DNA of 64,000 nucleotides, taken from NCBI GenBank assembly GCA_965237525.1, contig CBDEFO010000008.1, forward strand, positions 736,001 to 800,000. The letters run 5' to 3'. The notes below the pieces were generated by a model. The model saw nothing but the letters and a program-made list of their open reading frames with translations. It ran no database searches and was not told the DNA's origin. Made by a program: the position numbers and the translations under genes. This stretch comes from Candidatus Latescibacterota bacterium. Lineage in GTDB: Bacteria > Latescibacterota > CBDEFO01. Within the stretch, counting starts at the first letter, position 1, and each line of letters starts with the position of its first letter. Below, piece by piece: positions 56,846 through 64,000 of this stretch.

Positions 56846-57829
56846 ATGAAAAATAAGATATTAGTCGTACCACCTTTCCTGGATCACAGTGTATTTGAAG
56901 AAGATGAAGACACAGGTGTGGACATATTGAAAAGGGAATTGCCCTTCGAGGCGGTTATTGAAGCGTACGGAGTAGGGACGCTCTCCCCAGATCGTGCTGA
57001 AGGGGTTGCAGCCGTAATAGCGGATGGGTCTAAAGTCGATGAAGAGTTCTTCAAAGCGGCCAAGGGCATTATCTACGCCAGGTGGGGAACAGGTACAGAC
57101 GGGTACACCAAGGAGATGGTCCTCAGGAATAATATATTGGCTACCAAAGTACTGGGCGCAAGCGCAGATGCCGTTGCCGAGTACTCTATCTGGGCCATTC
57201 TGGACCTTTTAAAGGAAGCGACGTACAACAACAATCTGGCTCATCAGGGACAAGCAAGGAGGGTAGTAGCAAGACAGATCAAAGGCAAGACGGTGGGTAT
57301 TTACGGATTCGGCCTGATAGGCCAGGGCGTAGCAAGAAAACTCAAGGGATTGGAAGTCCATATTCTGGCGTACGATATGGAAGATAAAAGCCAGATAGCA
57401 GATGAGATAGACGTGGAGTTAGTCGCAGCCCCTGAAGAGCTCTTAACTAGATCGGACATCGTCTCTTTGCATGTCTCTGCCTCGGGCCCGATCATTGACA
57501 AGGCCGCCATAGAAAAAATGAAGGATGGGGCAATATTGGTGAACCCTTCCAGAGACTTTCTGATAGACGAGACGGCTGTATACGAAGCGTTAGAATGCGG
57601 GAAACTTTCGGGAGTCTATCACGAAGAACTTCCCAAAGAAGAGCGGCTACGCGGACATCCACATGCCCTCTTCAGCCATCACAACGCAGGAATATCTGTC
57701 GAAGCCTGCAGGGCGTTGACTACTACGACCGCTCAGCAACTAGCCGACTTCCTCAACGGGTACGAACCTGAAAACATAGTCTATCGCGAAGTGCTGAAAA
57801 ATATGAATCTCAAACCTAAAAGAAGATAA
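56846..57829 (+). CDS. D-isomer-specific 2-hydroxyacid dehydrogenase (phosphoglycerate dehydrogenase-like)
   Basis: GKTVGIYGFGLIG Rossmann motif, SDIVSLH, MKDGAILVNPSR, SHHNAG; AAGGAG RBS. Confidence 0.88.
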   Translation: MKNKILVVPPFLDHSVFEEDEDTGVDILKRELPFEAVIEAYGVGTLSPDRAEGVAAVIADGSKVDEEFFKAAKGIIYARWGTGTDGYTKEMVLRNNILATKVLGASADAVAEYSIWAILDLLKEATYNNNLAHQGQARRVVARQIKGKTVGIYGFGLIGQGVARKLKGLEVHILAYDMEDKSQIADEIDVELVAAPEELLTRSDIVSLHVSASGPIIDKAAIEKMKDGAILVNPSRDFLIDETAVYEALECGKLSGVYHEELPKEERLRGHPHALFSHHNAGISVEACRALTTTTAQQLADFLNGYEPENIVYREVLKNMNLKPKRR

Positions 57830-57986
57830 AATCCTCACTACGACCTTCCCCCTGCTTTTCTCAGCTTTTTTGTCAACTCCGCTCAGCGGTTTCTCTGTGT
57901 TCTGGCTCCCCATACACAAGTAGACAGTAGACAGGGGCACCGCTTCCCATCCCTGTGTGCTGTCTACTATTTTTTGGTCGCCATAT

Positions 57987-58014
57987 GAACTTTTGAATTC
58001 CCCGCGGTGTCTTA
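57987..58014 (+). promoter_or_regulatory. Candidate ECF (sigmaE-type) promoter GAACTT-N16-GTCTTA
   Basis: Matches the known GAACTT-N16/17-(G)TCnnA pattern, ~100 bp upstream of the ECF gene. Confidence 0.55.
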
Positions 58015-58112
58015 TGTAGTGAAAGCCTTTTCCCACAAAAAAGTTCTTGCCCGATTGAATCCCCAATAGCATCAATTGGGGATCGGGGATAGACGAAGAT
58101 AAAAGGGCTTTG

Positions 58113-58715
58113 ATGACACAATCCGATCGAGACCTCATTGGGCAGATTCGGGATCGCGATGCCAACGCCTTCGAGACGCTATTCGTGCGCTACAGGGAGA
58201 TGGTCCGCCGACACTTGGCGAGCATAGTGCGCGACGAGGATGCGGCCGACGACCTGGTCCAGGAGGTCTTTCTGCGAGTATGGACTCGCGCAGAGCAGTG
58301 GAACGGCCGGGGGGCATTTAAGGCGTGGCTCTTCCGCATTGCTACAAACCTTGCACTTAACCACCTGCGCAGTCTGCGTAGGAGAAGACAGCAATCTCTC
58401 GAAATCTCAGCGGATCCAGCCGACGACGACGACGAAAGCCCTGTCCCCGGCTGGATGATCGACGCCTCGTCGCTCGGACCTGATGCGGTGCTTGAACAGG
58501 CCGAACAGCACGACCTACTCCAGGGGCTTATCGATAGGTTGCCCGAAGAAAAGCGCGCAGTTTTCCGGATGGTGCACGAGATGGAGATGGACATTCGGGA
58601 TGTCGCCCACGCACTTGATATCCCAGGGGGTACCGTAAAGTCACGCCTGCACTACGCCAGGAAACATCTGGCTCGCAAATGGAAGGAAATAGCAATAGAA
58701 TGGGAGGATACGTAA
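58113..58715 (+). CDS. ECF-family RNA polymerase sigma-70 factor
   Basis: Region 2 AADDLVQEVFLRVW...FKAWLFRIATNLALNHLR; region 4 LPEEKRAVF...VAHALDIPGGTVKSRLHYAR. Confidence 0.95.
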   Translation: MTQSDRDLIGQIRDRDANAFETLFVRYREMVRRHLASIVRDEDAADDLVQEVFLRVWTRAEQWNGRGAFKAWLFRIATNLALNHLRSLRRRRQQSLEISADPADDDDESPVPGWMIDASSLGPDAVLEQAEQHDLLQGLIDRLPEEKRAVFRMVHEMEMDIRDVAHALDIPGGTVKSRLHYARKHLARKWKEIAIEWEDT

Positions 58716-61700
58716 TGGCACTCGATATATCTGCGTTTTGGCATAGGGAATCGTTCGACCGGTTTTTGAAGGATCAGTTACCCCAGCTCCTGGCTGCTCG
58801 GATGCCGCTTGTCGGCTATCATGTCGAATCGACCGGCCTCTACACCTGCCGCGTTAAGGTCGCTTTTGCATCGGCCTCCGGCGACGTAGAAGTCGAATAC
58901 ACCGATATCCCTCAACCGGATGAGGAAGGCATCTTTGAGGTCGAAGGCGTAAAGTATGTGGTCGTCCCGATAGCCTCCCAAGAGGAGTTAGACCTTGCCG
59001 AGATCCGCTGTGTCGGCGAACAGCTTTACCACTACTTCGAAGAGCGCCTGGGCGAAGCTCCGGAGGACTTACCATGGGACGAATCGCTCGCGCGAGCCTG
59101 GCTTCCGCTCAATGTGTGGATGCGCGAGTTCCTGCACCACGCGGACCTACCGTGGGACGGAAATATAGTGCAAACGGCCCAGACGCTCCATGAGCAGAAC
59201 TGGCTCGACAGGCATGCGCAGCTGCGGCGCATCGTTGTTACGGAGCCAAAGAAGATGTTCACACCCGGGCACTTCGGCCGCACTTGTCCCTTCGAGACGC
59301 CGGAGGGCCCGAATATCGGTCGAATCTTAAGCATCGCCACGAGCGCGGAGATCAGCGATGGGAAGCTCGTCATTGTCAATGATAAGCCTGAAGCTTCCAT
59401 CGGCCTTGCGGCGTCTATGGTCCCCTTTCTGGAGCACAACGACCCGAACCGACAGCTTATGGGGGTCAACATGATGCGCCAGTGGTTCGTGCCGCCGGAG
59501 GTGGAACCCGCGCTCGTTCAGACCGGAAATGAACCCGACGCACCCGGCTTCTGGTGCGGGCGAAATCTGCTGACTGCCTTCGTTTCATGGGGCGCGGACA
59601 CCTTCGAAGACGGCATCGCGGTGGGCAAATCGTGCGCCGAGCGCCTCAACTACCCCTATCCCGTCGAAGTGGGCGATAAGCTCAGCAATCGCCACGGGAC
59701 GAAGGGTGTGGTGGCGAAGATCCTGCCCGACAACGAGATGCCGCACCTTGCCGACGGCACACCGATAGAACTCGTCTTCAACTTCATCGGCGTTCATTCG
59801 CGGATGAATCTCGGTCAACTGCGTGAGGCGGTAACAAGCCGCATCGCGAAAGCGGAGGGAGCGCCAGCTATTGTGCCTCCGTTCCACGCGCCGGGAGGGC
59901 GCGAACTTCGCGAACGCCTGAGGGAAGCAGGCCTTCCCGAGGACGGGATGGAGGTCCTCATCCTCGGACGCGATGGGATGAAGCTGTGCCGGCCGAGCAC
60001 AGTCGGATGGGTCTACTGGGGGCGCCTCAATCACCTGGCGCGCAATAAGATATTTGCGTCTACCGATCATAGCAGGCGCTGTCAAAAGCAAGGCGAACTT
60101 GAGTATTATACATTGCGCGACGTCGGCGCATTTGAAAACCTGATGGAGCATTTCAACACGCGCGCCCTCCGGCGGGACGATGCGGATAAGCTCGCAGATC
60201 GCGTCGCAGAAGGCGCGGTCGAACAGGCCGGTCCGCCGACTCCCGGGTTCTCCGAAATAGCTCGGCGTCTTGCCGCTGGGAGGATCCAAGCAGAACTCGA
60301 AGGTGAGAAGCTAACGTTCAAATTCGCCAAGCCCGAAGGTGATACTCTCAAGCTTGCCCGCCCAGTTGCGCATCCGTGGATAGGTGACCGAGAATTAGAT
60401 GAGATCGGCGCTTTTGATGAACCTGCCGAATACCGCGCTCTCGCCGAGGTCAACGCCAAAGCAGAACGCATGATCGCAAGCGACGCTCCAGAAAGTCTGA
60501 CCCGCAAAGCTTTTGAACAGCTTCAAACTCACGTGGGAAAGTTCTTCGACGCCCTTCTTGGCTCTCCCCACCTGCGCTTCGGCGAACACTCACTCTTCAG
60601 CGGGCGAACGGTGATCTCGCCGGGAGCGGACTTGCGGATCGACCAGTTGGGACTTCCAGAAGAGATCGCATGGACGCTCTTTGGGCCACTTGTAAGGTGG
60701 GAACTCAGCGTAGGGGAAGTCCCCGATAGAAGCCATTCGGGGACGCGTGTCTGCCCTCCAGATTCGGGCGAACACATGGGTTCGCCCCTACATAAAGAGG
60801 AAGTAGACACCAGAAGCCCGCGTGCAACGGAGGAGCTCGACGAGATAATGGCGCGCTCGTGGGTCCTTCTACAGCGCATTATGCCCACGTCGTTCCTCGC
60901 GTTTCACCCCGTGCGGTGTCCAGGTCGCACTATCCATATCCATCCGCTCGTGTGTAGCCTGATGAACACCGACTTCGACGGCGATCAGGCCGCTGTCTTC
61001 CTGCCGATCACCGAGGGCGCACAGCGCGAGGCTGGCGAACGCCTGTCCGTCGCCGGTCACGTTGCGCGCGACCCGGAACTGCTCAATTCACTGCTCCCGC
61101 CGCACGAGGCGATGTGGGGCATTGCGAGTCTGAGCCTTACACCAGAAGGGCGCAAAGAGGTCTCACAGCTTGCAGGAACTGACGTGACTGCACCCGACGG
61201 TTTCATCACAAAAGACTCGCTTGCTGAAGCGATGCGAAGCGTCTTAGAGCGCGATGGGATCGAGGGAACACTCGCGGCGCTCGAACGGCTGATGCGGCGC
61301 GGATTTGAGGTCGCAAAGGAGTCCGGAGCGTCCATTAGCCCGTTTATCGGGTCGAGCTTAAAGCGCTCGCCAGAGCCAGAAGAGGGTGACGCTGAGATGT
61401 GGGATGAGTACGCGGAGGAGCTTTCCGAACAGATCATCTCACGCACGGACTTTGAGGACAACGATCTGGGTCCGCAACTTCTCGCGATAAAGAGCGGCGC
61501 GCGAGGTCAACTGCGCCAGCTTGCCTACCTGGTCGGGGCACGGGGCACAGCTACGGATGTCCGGGGGAGGGACGTACCGATCCGCTGTGGATATTCCGAT
61601 GGCCTGACGCCCCAGGAGATGTACACCGCTGTGGTCGGCGCACGGGAGGGACTTGCCCAAACAGCGCTGGAGACGTGGACCCGGTTCGGACTCGAATTTC

Positions 61701-61873
61701 GTGAGGCAAGACAGCCCAAAGGCTTCAACGTCCTGGCGCGGGCGATGCGGGCAAAGCGCCCCGCCATCGTCTTCACTCGCGCCGCGGCAACGGGCGAGAT
61801 CGATCCACTTACAGATGTCGACAGCCGCCTGTTCGTCGGACTACCCGCAAAATTAGTAGACAGCAAACAGTAG
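58715..61873 (+). CDS. Miniaturised single-chain RNA polymerase beta/beta-prime fusion protein (1052 aa)
   Basis: RpoB motifs in order (CPFETPEGPNIG, PFLEHNDPNRQLMGVNMMRQ, TFEDG, GDKLSNRHGTKGVV, SRMNLGQ, RLNHL) followed by RpoC motifs (FSGRTVI, HPLVCSLMNTDFDGDQ, KSGARG, GAREGLAQTA). Start at TAATG overlap with GGAGG RBS. Confidence 0.9.
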   Translation: MALDISAFWHRESFDRFLKDQLPQLLAARMPLVGYHVESTGLYTCRVKVAFASASGDVEVEYTDIPQPDEEGIFEVEGVKYVVVPIASQEELDLAEIRCVGEQLYHYFEERLGEAPEDLPWDESLARAWLPLNVWMREFLHHADLPWDGNIVQTAQTLHEQNWLDRHAQLRRIVVTEPKKMFTPGHFGRTCPFETPEGPNIGRILSIATSAEISDGKLVIVNDKPEASIGLAASMVPFLEHNDPNRQLMGVNMMRQWFVPPEVEPALVQTGNEPDAPGFWCGRNLLTAFVSWGADTFEDGIAVGKSCAERLNYPYPVEVGDKLSNRHGTKGVVAKILPDNEMPHLADGTPIELVFNFIGVHSRMNLGQLREAVTSRIAKAEGAPAIVPPFHAPGGRELRERLREAGLPEDGMEVLILGRDGMKLCRPSTVGWVYWGRLNHLARNKIFASTDHSRRCQKQGELEYYTLRDVGAFENLMEHFNTRALRRDDADKLADRVAEGAVEQAGPPTPGFSEIARRLAAGRIQAELEGEKLTFKFAKPEGDTLKLARPVAHPWIGDRELDEIGAFDEPAEYRALAEVNAKAERMIASDAPESLTRKAFEQLQTHVGKFFDALLGSPHLRFGEHSLFSGRTVISPGADLRIDQLGLPEEIAWTLFGPLVRWELSVGEVPDRSHSGTRVCPPDSGEHMGSPLHKEEVDTRSPRATEELDEIMARSWVLLQRIMPTSFLAFHPVRCPGRTIHIHPLVCSLMNTDFDGDQAAVFLPITEGAQREAGERLSVAGHVARDPELLNSLLPPHEAMWGIASLSLTPEGRKEVSQLAGTDVTAPDGFITKDSLAEAMRSVLERDGIEGTLAALERLMRRGFEVAKESGASISPFIGSSLKRSPEPEEGDAEMWDEYAEELSEQIISRTDFEDNDLGPQLLAIKSGARGQLRQLAYLVGARGTATDVRGRDVPIRCGYSDGLTPQEMYTAVVGAREGLAQTALETWTRFGLEFREARQPKGFNVLARAMRAKRPAIVFTRAAATGEIDPLTDVDSRLFVGLPAKLVDSKQ
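60710..60791. repeat. GTAG-type REP doublet with nested CCCCGAT palindrome, in frame inside the RNAP-like gene
   Basis: GTAGGGG...GTGTCTGCCC / GGGCGAACAC...TTCGCCCCTAC; same family as intergenic copies at 7102-7250 and 18189-18234. Confidence 0.8.
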
Positions 61874-62155
61874 ACAGCAAACAGGGCAACCCTGCCCATC
61901 TCCCTTGAAAGGCGAGATTGCTTCGCTATCGCTCGCAATGACACAGAGAGTGCTCGCAATGATATTACTTTTTGGGGATCCCTTTCGTTCGCAATGATGT
62001 TGCTTGTCCTTTTGTCATTGCAAAGTGCCAAAATTCCGAAGCAATCTCAAAAACACTTTCTACGGTCATTGCGACGCAGCGTGGCCGCTCTGCTGGGATG
62101 GCTGGAAGCCACGAAGTGGGCGGAGTAATCTGGCGGGATGGGGCGGTGCCCCTGT

Positions 62156-63385
62156 CTACTTGATCCTAATGCTGTCGGGGTGGTGCTTGAGTGCTACTAT
62201 GCAGATGGGGCCGAGCATAGCCCCGAGAGCGGCCGAGATCCACGCCCAACTCCATCCGTACAAGTCCAGGACGTATCCGAATACCCAGGGTGCAGCTATA
62301 GAAGCGCCGAAGCCGAAGAAGGCCTGTAGACCTAACGCACCGCCTATGTACTCTTTTGGGACTAACTCGGTCAGTGATACCTTGTAAATAGCTGAATCTG
62401 CGATTATCGAAAGTCCATAGACGATTCCTACAGTACCAAGCACCAAAAGGGGTTGTCCTATTAGGAATCCGTACGACAGCGAGCAGATTATGCTCACCAG
62501 GAGAGAGTAGAGCATTACCCTGATTCTGCCGAATCTGTCCGACAGTGCCCCGCCCAGGATCGTGGAAAAAGCCCCTACAATTATGCAGATCGCACTTACC
62601 ATACCTGCGAGTTTGAGCGCCTCTTGAGTCTCCATCCCAAGAGCTATCCCGCAGGCGGTCAGATAGGGACCGATCCAGCCGTACATCACAAATAGCTCCC
62701 AGTTGTGCCCCATATAGCCACCGGTCACAAGCGCCCAGGGCCTATAGCGAAGGACGTGCACGAATAGGCCTTTCAGATCGCCGAAGGGTCGGATCTCTGC
62801 TTCAATTACTGCATCATCTGCTCCCGGAGGAGCATCTCTGACAAAAAGATAGGCTATGAATGCTCCCGGAAAAGCTGTCGCCGATGTCAGGGCAAATGCG
62901 AGCCTCCACGAATATACAGCGGATAGCGAAGACGTAACTAAATAAGCCCCTGCAATTGATGCAACAAGCGATGCTGTGTATATCCCTAAGACTTTCCCTC
63001 TTTCTCTGGCGGGGAACCAGCCAGAAAGTATCTTCATCCCCGGAACGTACAGACCACCCTGTCCGACGCCTGTCAGGAATCTCAAAAATAAAGCCGACTC
63101 ATAACTGTCGGCTAAAGAGGCAAAACCTAATCCGCAAATTCCGGCTTGAAGAGAAGATAGTACAAAGATCTTTCGCCCTCCTATCCTATCCGAAAGCCAG
63201 CCGGTAAAGATGACCGACAAGGCGTAGCCGCCCCAGAAGATTGCGATAACCGCCCCGTTCATTTTGCCGCTGAGGTTCCACTCCTCGGTCACTATGGGCA
63301 TGACCGCGGAATAGTTATACTCCCCCAACATCGAAAGGGACTGCGCTACGGACAGAAGAGTCAGTATCTTCGTCTTTTCCTGCAA
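62156..63385 (-). CDS. MFS transporter
   Basis: 409 aa, about 12 hydrophobic segments, GWLSDRIGGRK and GALSDRFGR motif A. Confidence 0.92.
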   Translation of the reverse strand: MQEKTKILTLLSVAQSLSMLGEYNYSAVMPIVTEEWNLSGKMNGAVIAIFWGGYALSVIFTGWLSDRIGGRKIFVLSSLQAGICGLGFASLADSYESALFLRFLTGVGQGGLYVPGMKILSGWFPARERGKVLGIYTASLVASIAGAYLVTSSLSAVYSWRLAFALTSATAFPGAFIAYLFVRDAPPGADDAVIEAEIRPFGDLKGLFVHVLRYRPWALVTGGYMGHNWELFVMYGWIGPYLTACGIALGMETQEALKLAGMVSAICIIVGAFSTILGGALSDRFGRIRVMLYSLLVSIICSLSYGFLIGQPLLVLGTVGIVYGLSIIADSAIYKVSLTELVPKEYIGGALGLQAFFGFGASIAAPWVFGYVLDLYGWSWAWISAALGAMLGPICIVALKHHPDSIRIK

Positions 63386-64000
63386 TTACCCCAACACCTC
63401 AAGCACGGCGTCCTTTACCTGTTCCCCGCTGGGGATTGTGAGGGGCTCAAGCGCTGGAGAAAAGGGCACAGGCACGTCCATCGCCCCGATCCTCTTTATG
63501 GGAGCATCCAGGTAGTCGAAGGCTTCGTTGTAGATCACGGATGCTATCTCACCCGTTACTCCGTAGCGAGCATATCCCTCATCTACGACCACTACATGCC
63601 CTGTCTTGCGGGCCGACTCTACGAGCGTCTCCTTGTCCAGAGGATACAGGGTGCGCGGATCTACGACTTCCACGCTTATCCCATCCTTCTCAAGCACCTC
63701 CGCAGTCGCAAGGGCGATCTGCACCATGCTGGACGTTGCAACTATCGTGGCGTCCTCTCCCTCTCTCTTTACGTCAGCGGATCCCAAGGGTATGGTATAC
63801 TCCTCTTCCGGGACGGGTCCCTCGAGGTGATACATCATCTTATCTTCGAAACAGAACACGGGATTGTTATCTCTAATTGCGCTCTTAAGGAGGCCCTTGG
63901 CGTCGTAGGGGGTCGAGGTAACGATCACCTTCAGGCCTGGGATGTGGCAAAACCACGCATAGAGACTCTGGGAGTGCTGCGCCGCTGAGGACCGACCCGC
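63386..64000 (-). CDS. Alpha-ketoacid dehydrogenase E1 beta subunit (partial, 5' end outside window)
   Basis: AAQHSQS...HIPGLKV...PYDAKGLLKSAIRDNNPV, EVVDPRTLYPLD, AFDYLDAPIKR. Confidence 0.93.
   Translation of the reverse strand, partial: AGRSSAAQHSQSLYAWFCHIPGLKVIVTSTPYDAKGLLKSAIRDNNPVFCFEDKMMYHLEGPVPEEEYTIPLGSADVKREGEDATIVATSSMVQIALATAEVLEKDGISVEVVDPRTLYPLDKETLVESARKTGHVVVVDEGYARYGVTGEIASVIYNEAFDYLDAPIKRIGAMDVPVPFSPALEPLTIPSGEQVKDAVLEVLG

Noticed and set aside
58715..61873. Calling this the housekeeping rpoB or rpoC, or a pseudogene of them
   Set aside because: Far too short, contains both subunits' motifs in one unbroken frame, strongly diverged, and lacks ribosomal-protein gene context; no gene symbol assigned.
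57920..61885. AGTAGACAG short repeats on both sides of the sigma/mini-RNAP pair as mobile-element ends
   Set aside because: Same short motif occurs elsewhere (about 42465, 62152); too short and generic to define boundaries.

Overview
Bacterial (Latescibacterota/Poribacteria-like gene content, by inference) window with five parts. (1) 1-22.3 kb: minus-strand carbohydrate-type locus dominated by a tandem array of five ~770-aa secreted CBM-like + TIM-barrel paralogues, a sixth distant copy and a GHL10-like gene. (2) 22.6-30.3 kb: three secreted discoidin/FlgD-type proteins, then a fatty-acid desaturase and IS debris. (3) 34.4-42.9 kb: tRNA-Phe and a membrane-arm-only complex I cluster (nuoA-H-J-K-L-M-N) bracketed by two direct copies of an IS1182-family element. 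(4) 44.7-56.1 kb: two very large surface proteins (TolB-type propellers, Ig, cohesin, dockerin, FlgD-type tail), both hit by IS elements, then tRNA-Asn. (5) 56.8-64 kb: 2-hydroxyacid dehydrogenase, ECF sigma factor, RNAP-like gene, MFS transporter, E1-beta. The most striking item is at 58113-61873: an ECF sigma factor translationally coupled to a 1052-aa single polypeptide that is a miniaturised RpoB-RpoC fusion with the catalytic motifs and sigma-binding clamp helices kept but flap, jaw and trigger loop apparently gone. A ~23-bp palindrome is scattered in about 25 copies, including in-frame inside genes. Several frameshifts sit in homopolymers and may be sequencing errors.
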